This document shows positions 25,008 through 37,696 of a stretch of 64,000 nt of DNA, piece by piece. Position 1 is the stretch's first letter. Each line of letters begins with the position of its first letter. This DNA comes from Anthoceros angustus (Eukaryota; Plantae; Anthocerotophyta), in contig VJWM01000025.1 of NCBI GenBank assembly GCA_010909165.1, positions 1,736,001-1,800,000 of the forward strand. Direction: 5' to 3'. Position numbers and translations under genes: made by a program. The notes under the pieces are model-generated. The model was not told where the DNA came from. It was given only the letters and a program-made list of their open reading frames with translations, and made no database searches.

Positions 25008-26625
25008 ATGGCTGTGTCTCTGGGAGGGCAAGGCATGCCAACTGTGGGCCGGGTGCGGCTCGCGGACATAGTTGCTGTTGATGGATTACAGACGGAACAG
25101 TACCGGAATGCTGTCTCAATGCTTTCTCAGTCCCTGCAAAGATTCAATGCTGTGGTGATTCAATTGACTCCAGGGGATGATGTGTTGTTGCGTTGTGTTC
25201 TGGATTCTGTGAGGATGTTTTTCCATCATCGAGCGCCACCAGGTGCGGAAAGTGTGCATTCAGAGGACCCTCAGGACTGGAATCGCACGGCTGGTTATTT
25301 TGCAGAGCCCCAGCATATGAGGGAATTTTTCGATTACAGACCTGGAAGAAGTTCAGTGGAGGCTACAAGTGGAGCGGAGCTTGCCCCTTTTGGCTTGCCA
25401 GAACTTTTTTCCTTCTTAGGGAAGGCTGCCCGCAGTCTGCTGGATGCCATTGCTTGCTCTCTTGAGCTCAGGAGCTTTTCTTTCACAGAGCTCCTGGATA
25501 ACGTGCCCCTACGGCCTGGAGAGGTTTCGACATCTGTTCTCTCGGCCTGCTGTTATGGTAGGCCTGGAGTTCATTCTTCCCATGGGCTCCATGCACTTCC
25601 TGGTCAGGAGAGCCACATGCCCTTATATGATGATCCTGAGCCTCAAGTAGACAAGGGCCTGCTCACGCTAATGAAATCGGACAAACCTGGCCTGCATATT
25701 CGGGACTTTCAGGGAAGGTGGACGCTGGTGGATGCTGACTTAGGACCTCATGAAATGGTGCTGTATTCCGGCCTGACGCTGTTCCAGGCTACTGCTGGGT
25801 ACTTGTTGCCGGCATTACACAAAACGGAGATACTTGGGGGTCATGAGAACATGTTTGGGAGGTGCTACATTTCCTTCAAGTTGATGCCACGGGCAACGGC
25901 AATCTTGCATTGCGGACCAATGACTGCTGCAGGACACAATGTTGGAAGTCCATATTCAACACCTCTAGCTGTTCAAGAGTTCATGCAGAGGACACACTCG
26001 ATGGAGCAGCTCATGGCCCGGTCAGGTGTATCGAATTTCGCTTTCCCACCGCCACCCGAGAGTATGTGCTAAACCATGCAGTGTCACAGTGTTGTTTATG
26101 TTGCTTTGGTAGTCTGGGTAGCAGTTATTTCTTACTAACAATCAAATAGTTGGTCTGGAAGGTTTATCTGCAGGTACCCTGAAGGCTGCAGCAATGAAGA
26201 GGAGGAAGCAGGTATCAAGAGGCAAACCGTTAGCTCCGTCCAAGCAACTACGCTTGGAGGCTCAAAGAGTTCTGAAGGAAAGAGTGCAAGAGATTGCTGA
26301 TACCAAGGGCCTGAAGATCAAGTTTTGTAATTTCAAAGAGTGTGAAGAACAGCATATTAACTCTTTGGATAGCCCATGTTCTGGTATGAGAGTGGAGATG
26401 GGATGGCCTTCTGGGGTACCCTTTGTACATCCGCACGACCTGCCTAACAAGGCTAAGCAGGCCTTTCTAGAAGCGTATGAACCGGGCTGGACTGATGCAC
26501 AGGATCGAGAGCTTGCCTTGATTGAGTCAAGCCATGGGCACGCCCACCAGCATTCCCATGCTTGTAAGTCTGACCTTGTCGTCCCTGCAGCAAGGCTGGA
26601 AATAGAAGATGGGGCATGGAGGTAA
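25008..26625 (+). CDS. 2OG-Fe(II) oxygenase-fold protein, At3g12940-like; exon 1 25008-26060, exon 2 26174-~26563, terminal exon uncertain
   Basis: GMPTVGRVRLADIV...LSQSL...VPLRPGEVSTSVLSACCYGRP...VDKGLLTLMKSDKPGLHIRD...LFQATAGY, then KPLAPSKQLRLEAQRVLKERVQEIAD...GWPSGVPFVHPHDLPNKAK, closely matching my recollection of the conserved plant family. Confidence 0.88.
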
Positions 26626-28914
26626 TCTCACAGCTTATGATCTGGGACAAGACGGTGCCTCCCTTCCTAGCTCTCTACAGTGGGATGTTTCCATGTGTGT
26701 CGGCTGTCTTTCCAGTTCGGGGTTTGGGGACCACATTCAATGGCGGGTGACCTATTGATGATGAATGCTTGGCTGGCTATCAGTGGTGCAGGTCCTTGGC
26801 TTAAAAGGATTTGGGATACCCTAGTTTCACCCTTTTTGCCGCTCTGGACTGCAGCTGACAGATTTTGAGAACGTTTTCACATCTAACTGAACAGAACTCT
26901 GCATTGCCATACTCTCCTATCCTGAAAAAGGGATAAAGTTGAGAGATTTGTGTTACTTCTGCAATACTACTAATTCAGATACTGAACTGTGCTAGTTATG
27001 GAGTGGGCCTGCCAGTAATGTGCCATAACTCTTGTGAAGTGACAGGAGCACAGCTTGTGGAAGACGACCGTTTCTGCGAAAGGACGGTGTATGAGTATTT
27101 GCACACGAAGGGCAAGCAGGTGCCGACAGGGAAACCACAAGTGGTCAGTCACAAAGTTGACTTGATTTGTTTTGCGAAGGCGTCCTATGATGCTGGAGGT
27201 CGTGCTCAGGTAACGCTTCTAGGAGTCTAGGCTGCTTATAATTGGTTCTTTTGGTGTTCCTAAAAAGCTAGGTTTGCTTTGTGGCTGTTTCCCAATGGAT
27301 AGTGTTGGTCGTCAGGTCATGTACCATGGAGTCTGTGCTCCCTTCGCTCATGGCCATTCGAGTTGTCTCACTTCTAGTACCGTTGCCGGACGTCCTGTAA
27401 TTCTTCTCTCAAGAGAATATAGGGCTGATAATCCTATGTGTTGATAATCCTGTTCCTTGTTATTATGCAAATTATTGGGGGGAGAGCAAGCCATTGCTCA
27501 CATCGGCATATCACTGCAAGGCTAGCTGACTGTGAGTGGCAGCAGCATGCTAAAGCCCCAAATAAGTTGCTGAGTGACACCCACCGCTGGTATCATAAAA
27601 CATTTCTTTCCACGTCCAACCACTCTTCATACCCCGTACAGTTATGTGAGAAGAGTGTTTGATTTGGGCTCTTTAGTAGATTATTCGGTTTGAGGTCATG
27701 TGTCAGATCATTAACTTTGACGAGGCTTACTGTGGAAGTGCTCTGCTTGTGGCTGCAGTTCAAAGCCAGGGCAGGATTTGAGCAGTTCATTGACATCAAG
27801 TTTCAGCTTGAAACTGCATCCGATAAGAGTGGGAACGTGCATTAGAGCGATTGAGGAAACTCTCTGACTCTGTGCTTGGCGATTATGTGGAGGAACTGGT
27901 GTGTGTGGCGCCTTTAATCAATAGTCATAATACTCTGGAGTTTGGACAGTCCAACCAGCCCTGGAGCGATATCAAAATCCCAATTGTATTGTAAATAATA
28001 GGTGATATGATCATAAGTCTTGATTAGGCATCGGTCTGTGTGGGCTGGGCTTTGTTGTCTCGATCTCTCGTAAACCCGGGCCATATACAAGAGTATGCAA
28101 TTGGATTAGATTATAACTGAAGATTCGTTTTTGCTGAAAAACGTGAGTATGTCAGCAAAGCATGCTACTAGCACGTACATCCTCGATTCCTTGTCACTTT
28201 GTCAATGGGAAGGAGAATATACTAGTCGTCACATACTCCGGGAAGAAGGGTATCCGGTTCTTATGGATGCCCACATGATGTTATGACTTTCATCACGAAG
28301 ACAACTTCAAACATAAAATAGGTAGTATGTTTTAAAAATATATATTATTATTAGGAACGCTTAGCAAGGGATTAAGAGCATGCTGCAAGCACAGCAGCAA
28401 GTGAAAAATACGAAATAGTCCAGCAGCCATACAATTTTTAGCCATTTTTCGATAGGAGTTGTATCACATTTGTCATCTCAAATTTTTCAAGGAGCTCTAG
28501 AATGGCTTGTTTCGAAATGACAGCTTGAGGAGGTGTATGCTAGCATAACATAGCATCCAGCTCACAAAGTCCTTTGAACAATGCGGCTTGCTCACCTCTC
28601 CAAGTTGGATTTCCTCAAAGATATGGCTAACTGCATGGGATTAGAGGAGGATTCTCCAGCAACACACTTCTGATTTAGAGAACCTCTTCAATAAGTCCAT
28701 AATACAAGTCAAACCTATTGCTTATAAACCAAAGTGCAAGCATATATGTACTTTCTAGCTTACTAATTTTACAAAAAAAGAGATGGCTCGTCAGCAAGGC
28801 AAATAAGCTTATACAATTACAAGCTAATTACTAGGACAACCCTAAACTACCTAAATTTTGCTTTACAAAACTTTCAAATAAAAAATCCTCGAAAATCATT
28901 CTAAACATTTCAAT

Positions 28915-30623
28915 TCAAGCTCTTGAGTCACTATCATCATCACGTAGTGGCAAATCTACTACGCAATTATCAAAAGTTGTAGGAGGATCCAAAAAGTTCC
29001 CATGGAGAAAATCTCTTGCTGCAGAACGGAACATGTTGGTACTCATTATCTGAGTGTTATTGTAACATCCTGCCAAGTTGTCTTCACATCTTTCTTGTCC
29101 TAATACATGTTAAAGATGTAAGTTAAAACTTTTGCTAGAATGCGAATCAAACAACTCAACTAAATGCACTTTTCCATGCCATTCTACATGCTAAAGACAA
29201 ATTCATGGTTTTTCTTGGAATATGAGAGAAAATAACAATCAACTGAAGCAATGTACATACCATTGGTCAAATGCCTATTTGTAGAGATTAAAATTGTCGT
29301 TTTCACAAAACTACTGTAATCGGCATATATGAAGCTCATGTTGGGATTTGAACCTTGTAGGTTATTTATTAGTTGCCTTAGTTGCTGGTTATGAGCATCC
29401 ACCACTATGTTTAGAGGTTGAATACAGTCGAGTTGCGGACTTGAAACGAAGATGCTATGTGGAGGTGCTTCGCTTCCATTTATTGAAGACATAACCGGAG
29501 TTTGTTTTGCCAATTCGGAACATCCAATTGGAGGAATATTGATGAACATGAAGTTTGTAGCATTGCTAAATTGAATAAGAGCCTGCGAACAGACAAGTCA
29601 TCAAATATAAGATTTATATGAAGTAAGAACTAAATAATACTATGATTATAATATTTTATGTACATTGAACGTAAAAAAACTAGGTACCTCCACACCAAGC
29701 TGAATTTGGTGAATAACTTCAGGAACAACCATTGTGTCTATGTCCGATGCAGTGGTGTTGGAATAAAAATATGCTCGAACATAGTCGTTAGCTCCAATTC
29801 CAAAAATATACAATCCGTTTTTCATGTCCTCCTTGCTTGGCAAATGTTGGTTGCTAGAACTCTCTGCGAGTGATACAATCAAGAATGAAGAAAATTACAC
29901 ATGAAAATTAAAAATGAGTATAATATTTTTCATATATTACCTTCAGTAGAAAGCATTTGCTGTCTAAACTGGGATAACCAATATATTTCGATTCCAAGAG
30001 AATAAAAGGGGTCACTCAAAGCGGCTGTTGCTCCAGAATATGCAAAATTTACCCCACCCTTGAAATTTGGTCGGGTCACATTCATAAATGGATGAGGAGA
30101 TGAAAGACCCAAACCTTGTGCTGAACCCAGAATAATCCAAACATTAATACCTGTCCCATCTAATGCTATGATGCCAAATCATATAAAAATTACACCAACT
30201 GATGTTCCTACCTAGAAAGTCGATGATACGACGTTGATCCTTATTCGGTTGCACATTCATCTCGTACGCTTCATTAAATCCACTAGAATAATTGGCGTCT
30301 AGTGCTAGTTTATTGCCGTTATCTAGTAATGAATCTCCAAATCCAAATAATACAGGATAACAAGACTTTTCTTGCAAGCTTGTGTTTTCTTGCAAACTTC
30401 TAACCTTTAGACTTCCTTTATTAACCAAGCTATAACTCAAATCACTTCTAATCTTCCCACTCCCTTTGTGAGGAGAGCTGGAATTCAAATCACTTCCAAC
30501 CTTCTTTCCACTCCCTCCATGGGGGAAGTCATAACTCAAGTAATTTTGAGTCAAAAGTATCAAGATGGATAGTATAAAAGCTGAGATAAACAATTCTCCT
30601 AAGGTATTGAAGCGAATCTTCAT
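28915..30623 (-). CDS. GDSL/SGNH esterase-lipase family protein (5 exons, AT-rich), probably catalytically dead
   Basis: Block I FGFGDSLLDNGN, block II GVNFAYSGATA, block III GIGANDY, then NIPPIGC and IYADY. The last exon reads CEDNLAGCYNNTQIMS where WDGxH is expected. Confidence 0.88.
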
Positions 30624-31349
30624 TGTAATATTTAAAACCTACAATGAACCAAAGTTGAAAATATTTTAGCATAATTATCCAAAAAATATTTGAATTCAGT
30701 CACCATTTGGTCTTGGACTAGTGAACATTAGCTGAGTTCTAACCTAAGATAAAAGGTACTCTAATTTGATGCTAGCAAATTGATAGATGCAATAGGTAGT
30801 CACAACTAAGTAAAATTAAGTAGTCCTATCTACACCGATTTCATTGTGAAAAGACCCGAAGAAGAACATCATGAATTAAAGTACTATGCTGCACCAAAAT
30901 TTGACTGAAAATCTCCTATTACACCTATTATGTCAAACCATGAATATAAAAAAATCCTACTTACCGTTAGGTTGTTGAAGAAACGTTTCCCACCTTCACA
31001 GTAGTCCGAATAATGGGCTCTTTGAAGAGCTTTAGTGCAAAAAGAGCTTTCAACATCCACTACATAGCTTTAGGGCAAATAGAGCTCCCAACACCTATTA
31101 GAGGTCGTAGAGAATTAAGCACTCTTATATAAATCTTACTATAACAAGTGAACGTTCCGAATTTAGATCCTGCAGTTATATATAGAAAATTAGTCATTGT
31201 AACATCCACCTGTATTTTAGGATTTAGGAATTATTTATTTTAGAATACTACAGAATTGTAACATCATTCTCCATAAAAAGAAATCCTCCTACTTTGTCCC
31301 ATGCCACGAAGATATATGAGGGAGTTAGAAGTGGCTAACTAATAGCATA

Positions 31350-34300
31350 AACCAAGGGTTTTGAGAACTGCTCCTTATGACATCCTCTCATTTTTTAGGT
31401 GAGGGGACGGCAAATATCAAGGTCCACAAGAAGTATTAGGTTATGGGCAAATACCAAGGTCCGCAAGAAGTTTAGGTAAGGGACCCTGGGAGGAATACTA
31501 CGGTCAAGGCAGCTGAGACTGTTCTAGGTCGGGCGCCCCGACAAGTGCTCGTTATTTTGTGTAAATTTGCGGTCGAGTCAGGAGACCCGGCACGAGAGCC
31601 GATCTTTTCTATAGTACGAGCGTTAGCGAGGGCTGTTTAGGCTGATTTCCCGAATTGCGCTTCCTTTTTATGTGTCTAAGGTAAATGTACATAATTTACC
31701 TTTTTCACAGCTCGTCCGCCTAGTAAAAGAACATGATTTGCAATAGGGCCCAGTACGTTGCGCACCTTGGAGGATGGCTCACCATCTGCCCTGAGGGGGT
31801 ACGGCGGTTCGCCCCCCGCCCTAAGGGAGCACGGTGGCTCACCCCCTGTCCTGAGGGGACACGGCGGCTCGCCATGCTCCTTGAGGAGGACACCACCCGG
31901 AAAGCTAGCGGCTCTTACGCCTCCGGCCCTATCTCTTGTAGGCATCCACGAGGCGACACGCTCCTCATATGTCCTTGAGGATGAGTGCGACACCATGGAG
32001 CAGCTCCTTTTATACATGAGTGCGGCTTCATGCTACACCTCTTTTCCTACATTTGCGTGGCCCTGAGGATAAGCGCAGCTTCATGCTCTTTTTCTTGCTT
32101 CAGCGCGGCCTTGAGAATGAGTCCGGTTGCCTCTCTTGCATAAATATGACCTTGAGGACATATGCAACTGGTCACCTTTTTTGCATCGGTGTTATTGTGA
32201 GGACGAGCGCAACTACTTTTCTTATATTAATGTGGTTCGGAGGACAACGTGACTCCCTTTTTGCATTAGCTTGGCCTTGAGGACGGGTGCAACTCCCTTT
32301 TTTGCATTAGCTTGGCCTTGAGGACGGTGCAACTCCCTTTCTTGCATTCGTGGGGCCTGAGGACGGGCGTAGTTTTTTAGTTATCCGGTGCCTCATGCCT
32401 AGCCTTCGCTTCCCTTTAATTCCGTCCGTAAACAAGGCCATGTTGTAGCTTTAGTTTTTACAAAAACAAAAACTGGCTAATCGGATACCTTACTCGCCCG
32501 GTTTGTTGATGTGGCTGCCATGTCAGCAACTCAATGATGTGGCAATCTTCCATGCCACGTTAGCAATTTTACTACCTAGTTAAGCTATCAGTCTACAAAT
32601 GTGTAAATGTTCATTTTTACAATGTGAGGTTGTAAATTACGTTGTAAAATGCATTGTAAAACGCTTGCAATTCTTGAAGTATTTCAAGTCTTGTACTACA
32701 CACAGCTCTCGAGTATTGGATGGCATGAAGGCTGCAAGCATATGTTTGGAGGTGAGCTGTTGTAGAAGCATTCTGCGCACATGTGACGCACACATGTGGT
32801 ATGCTTGATTGTGATTCTTTCAAATAAGAATGGCTGATGGTGATTGTCTTCCAATAGCTGAGCTCTATTCCTTTTTAATTGTTGAATACATTGAACTTGT
32901 TATCAAATGCAACTGTGATTTCTTTGCTGCATTTTTAACATACGTATGATCTTCTCTTGGCTTCTTTGGTTTAGATAGTTCAAAAATGATAAGAGAACTC
33001 TAACATTGTGAGAATATGTATGGCGATGTCTCAATGGTTATGTCCAGATGGCCAAGGAAGCATGATATGTTACATTTAACTGTTAGGCTCTAGCTAGCTT
33101 CCACTTTATTTTGTGTGTAGATGACGATTAACAATATGTTGTTACCTGTCAGAATTGACTCTTTCTATGTACCTTGCCAGTTGTTGGCTAATATCAACAC
33201 TTTTTTTTGCTGTAAACCATTGAGTTCAATGTAGAGCTCATGATACCTTTTTTGGTACAAATCCTTGAGTTCAATATAGAGCTCATGATACCTTTTTTGC
33301 TGCAGATCCTTGAGTTCAATATAGAGCATGCATGATACCTTTTTTGTTGCAGATCCTTGAGTTCAATGTAGAGCTCATGAACACAATGTATCTGCCCGAA
33401 GGTATAAGCCCCAAGGTATAGACCCTATCCAATATTTTAAGTGGTCAGAGTGCTCCATGTTATGATTCCTTCTCTGAAATGGTTGTAGGCAATTGTTCCC
33501 TGTAGTCATGGTGTTCGTGAATCAGGCCAGAGCTACATAGGCGTTTGTTTCATCTGGAGCAGTTATTTTTACTAGTTAGTGTTTTGCACCTCCGAGTTAT
33601 GGTTTTTATCTTGGAGATATATTTTCCACCTTCTTGTTATGATTCTCATCTCCTTGTTATGTTTTTATTTCCCTTGCTATATTTTTTATTCATTTGCTAT
33701 ATTTTACCTCATTGCTAGATTTTTTACTCCCATTGCTATGTAATTCTATCCCTTGCTATATTTTTAACCTGCTTAGTAAGTTTTTTACTTGCTTCCTATG
33801 GTTTTTTCTAGTTCAGTTTTTATTCCTCTGTAATTTTATTTATTAGGGTCATTTTATCCTATTTTATATCAAGTAAAAATATTATCTTAAGATAAAATTC
33901 TCTCTCTAGATATTCACCTCCCTACCGGTAAAAGGACCGGGGATTGTGCCGGGTCTCCGGACGAGGCCGCGAATTTAGGTATAGGGTAAGCACGAGCGTC
34001 ACATTTATCTTCTCAAGGCATATCGGGCCCGCTATTGGGGAACATTTATCCTCGTACTCTCAAAACCTTTCGCCGATGGCTTAGGGAAGAACTTTCACAA
34101 GTTCCTCAGAGGTGCGCCAAGGCATATCACCCGTGTTGGCAAAGGCATATCACCCGTGTTTTGGCATGGAGCAGGGATCTCCCTTTCCTACTTGGTGGCA
34201 TTCTGTAGGCAATTGGGGTCCATTGCTCTCCAAAGAGACGAGCTTTGCAGGAGATATTCCCCGGGTGTTATCTTGCGGACGACAGCAAGCGCAGGGGACG

Positions 34301-34450
34301 CGTTGTCTGCAACTCGAGTTGGAGGTAGACCTTTTCAGATTCCTAGCTTGGACATCTTTGGCGCGGTAGAAATTTCCTATCAGATTTCCTTGCACCAGGT
34401 AAGGAACCCAAAGAATTTCCTAGCTTTGTCATCTTTGGCGTGTTAGGCGA
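31350..34450. mobile_element. Nested, degenerate transposon-like region (unclassified)
   Basis: 33-nt GC-rich tandem repeats (31763-31890), repeated ttgcattagcttggccttgaggac units (32060-32370), a ~41-nt repeat (33200-33380), AT-rich ttgctat repeats, diverged inverted homology between the two ends, and a stop-riddled hAT-like fragment (IRMADGDCLPIAELYSF, ~32820-32880). No intact TE ORF. Confidence 0.55.
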
Positions 34451-34631
34451 TTTCCAGTCAGATCTCCTTGGACCATGTAAGGAACCCAAAGGCTTGCGTG
34501 CTTCACCCGAAATTGTGCACAAGAAGCTTTATTGCTCCTGGTTTTTTTTCTTCCCCACCAAAGAATTTTTTAGTACACACATTATATACAGCTTACCATG
34601 TAGCACCAAAAGACAACGCCCATCTTCACAC

Positions 34632-36553
34632 TTACGATCCCTGGCACAAGAGGTTGTAAATCAGGAGGGTGATGCCGAATTGAGGGCTTGTTCGAAGAAC
34701 CCGGACGATGCTCCCTTTGAATAAGGATTTTGGTCCCTCATCCAACCATAGTTGCCGGAGACAGGCCCAAGCGTCCTTCACAGGTTCGTCGCCCGGTGCA
34801 GGTTCTTTCTGCAAGAGAGAGCACACCAATTATCTGACATGTCCAGGATGTTTCAGACTGAGTCCAGGATGTTTCAGATTGAGTGCACCTCGATGGGCAA
34901 TGGGCTACAAACCTGCAGACGTGTCTTGATAATGTCAAAAGGAGTCACCAACACCGTTGCGGGGATGGCAGCAATGAATCCAGCAGCAAAACTGTGCTCG
35001 GGATACGTCTGTCGCAAGAACGTGTACAAGGAAAAGAAGAGTGCTGAACTTGGAATGTCTCGGGCCATTGTGATGCCAGCTCCAGTGTAGAGACCTTGCA
35101 CTCCTAAATCTCTGACCACATCCCAAGCATTCTTCGGAGCACCTTCTTTGGATTGCGTCTGCAGTCTGACCTTCACCATCTCCATGGGATTGGTGAAAAC
35201 AACCTGCGAGAAGCCTCCACCCCCTCCTGCAATGAATTCTAGAGCCCAAATCCGGGCGCCGGGCAACCTGCTCTCCAACATTCCCAAAAGCAGCTCGTTC
35301 ACTGTAAGCTTCATGGCCTGCAATTTTACCAATGCAACTGTTCATCACAACCACAAAGCAGAACAGCCAGCTTCCTACCAGTTAAAGGATGCTATGCATC
35401 AGAAAACCAAGAAACAAACAGAGCCATGTACCTTTTCTGGAGCAATACCAACAAGCTGTGGAATCAATCCATCATAGAGCGAAGCTGGTCCTTCTTTGGC
35501 CACAAGTTTCTTAAAGCAGTCAAACTCGTCCTTGTACGCTGGCTCTTCCCCCTCTTTCTGTGGAAACGAAGGAAAGACGAAAGCCAACGGAGGTTCAGGG
35601 ACCAGAAACACCAAGACACCCAACAAGTGGACTCATCAATCAGTCACAAGCATACAGGAACGTACCGAGCGCTGAGCCTGCATACGTGTTTTAATAGTAT
35701 CCAGTGGATGCACGAAGGCGGCTCCAACGGCCCCTGCTATTCCCCCACCGCTAAAGTGCTGGAAAGCTCTGGTCAGCAACTGTGAAAGACCTGCTGCAGC
35801 TGGCTCTGCACCAGCAAAAGACGCAATTGCTGGAGCAGCAACTGAGCTCACACAGGTACCAATAGCCGAAGATGCCACAGAGTCAAGTGCTCTCACTGTT
35901 ACCATATCAGTAGACAATAACGATGGTGCAGCACCCACTGGCAGCGTAACAAACTCCAAATTGCCACTGTTGTCGGAACTATCTCCAATGATGGCCGCCC
36001 TGCAGCCAATAGCTTGCCCTTGAACTGCCTGCTCCATCTCGAACCGTACTTGCTGCTCAAGCATTGACTCCAAGACCGCAACATCCTCTGACCCTGGAGC
36101 GTCATAGACAGAAGCGGTAGTGGCCTCTCCTAAAGCCGGAGAAGACAGCATCAGAGAGGCACCAGCCGACACTGCTGCCGCTACCACCGCTCCCGGCTGC
36201 AGCCATGCGTCTGACCTAACCTCGCCGGTAGAGTGCACCCCCAACTGCTCCTTCTCCCCTAGCACTCTGCTGCCAGAGCCTGCCGCACAGTCCCCCGAAG
36301 AAGCCGAGGATGTGCCGCAAACCGCAACTCTACCGCCGGGCTTACACAGCATACTGCTCTTTCCACATCCGCACACTTTTGTCCAGGCTAGCTCTCGCAC
36401 CTCGCATCTTTTGCTCACCACCTTCCCCGTCAAAAAAACAGCCGAAGCCCGGCTTCCAGGACACTCCAACTCTGTAGCCGCAACTCCACCAGCTCCCACC
36501 CGCAGGCCAAGCATCTGGCCTGAAGCCGGGTGAGAGCTGGCACAAATTGCCAT
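34632..36553 (-). CDS. Mitochondrial carrier family protein of the aspartate/glutamate carrier (AGC/aralar/citrin) type with a long N-terminal extension; exons 36553-35666, 35557-35432, 35317-34913, 34808-34632
   Basis: Three Px[D/E]xxKxRxQ repeats ([33 protein letters not shown]) plus the AGC-typical [44 protein letters not shown] and [17 protein letters not shown]. Splice phases are consistent. Confidence 0.9.
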
Positions 36554-37371
36554 GAAAACTTCAACAATTGAGCAGATCTGAAGCCCTCGCTGCCAGATCT
36601 GCCACAATTGAGCCTCAAAAACTCACCAGCAAAACAAAGGCCTGGGGAAACTTCTTCCTTGCACCAAGAACAGAACACCTGCTGGTTGTGAAGCTTGCAA
36701 TCTCTTCCAAGAAAATGCACTGATCAAAGCATTCATCCAGCTCCCAGCTCAATTCGGAAGAAAAAGAGGGCCAAAAATCAGTGCTCCAAAGAAAAGCCTG
36801 CAGCAAGCCGCTGTGTCTTCACATGAGTTGCACACAATTCAGCTGACATGTGCACCGATCTTTCTCCGATATGTTGGCCGCTGCTGAGGCGATTCGGGCA
36901 CGCGGTGGCTGCTGCCGCCGCCAGCGTGCTATTCTGAGAGAATGTGTGCATTTCGCCAGTTACGCCACCCGCCCCGATATCGCGTTTCGCCACCACCGAC
37001 CCTACAGGACCGTTTACAGAAAAAGAACCGAGGAGGCGTGGGGAAGCGTGCGAGAGCAAAATGGCCGGCGGTGGACACTTGGCATTGGAGAGATCGGACG
37101 ATATTCCGGGGTGGTCATAACGGTCAACCGCCGCTCCGGCTCCACTACCTAATTCAACATTCAACCGGGGTTCATCTCCCGAGGCTACCAAAAGCACACT
37201 CTTGGTAAGAGTTTTGGGAAGAAAACAAACATTGTTGTAAGTTCTGATGTCTGTTACACAGCTAATCTCCATGTGAAGTTCCAGGGAGTTGGAAATCTAC
37301 CATAACCGCTCGGTAAAAAAAATTTGGAAACAAAGAACCACTGATATTGTTGTTGCACTTGTCCAGCACAT

Positions 37372-37696
37372 ATCTGCTAGAGAGTTAAAACCAGCTCGTT
37401 AAAACCAACGCCGGGAACTTCCAACGAATTGGAACATCCTTGTTCCACATGACATGATGTCTGCTAGAGAGTTAAAACCAGCTCCGTGAATTTCAAGGAG
37501 TTGGAACATGGTTGTTCCACATTACATGATGTCTGAGAGTTAAAACCAGCTCCGTGAATTTCAAGGAGTTGGAACATCGTTGTTCCACCTTACATGATGT
37601 CTCCTAGAGAGTTAAAATCAGCTCCGTGAACTTCAAGGAGTTGGAACATTGTTGTTCCACATGATGATGTCTGCTAGATAGTTGAAACCAGCTCCA
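37372..37696. repeat. ~70-bp tandem repeat (about 4.5 copies), each unit with a 7-bp stem hairpin
   Basis: Units start at 37380, 37467, 37535, 37607 and 37677: gagagttaaaaccagctccgtgaatttcaaggagt-TGGAACA-nnnn-TGTTCCA-c... Confidence 0.9.

Noticed and set aside
26757-26860. Possible box C/D snoRNA (ATGATGA…CTGA)
   Set aside because: There is no terminal stem or recognisable rRNA guide, and such motifs are expected by chance.
37372-37696. CRISPR-like appearance (regularly spaced palindromic units)
   Set aside because: The sequence between palindromes is itself repeated, so there are no unique spacers. There are no cas genes and the context is eukaryotic.
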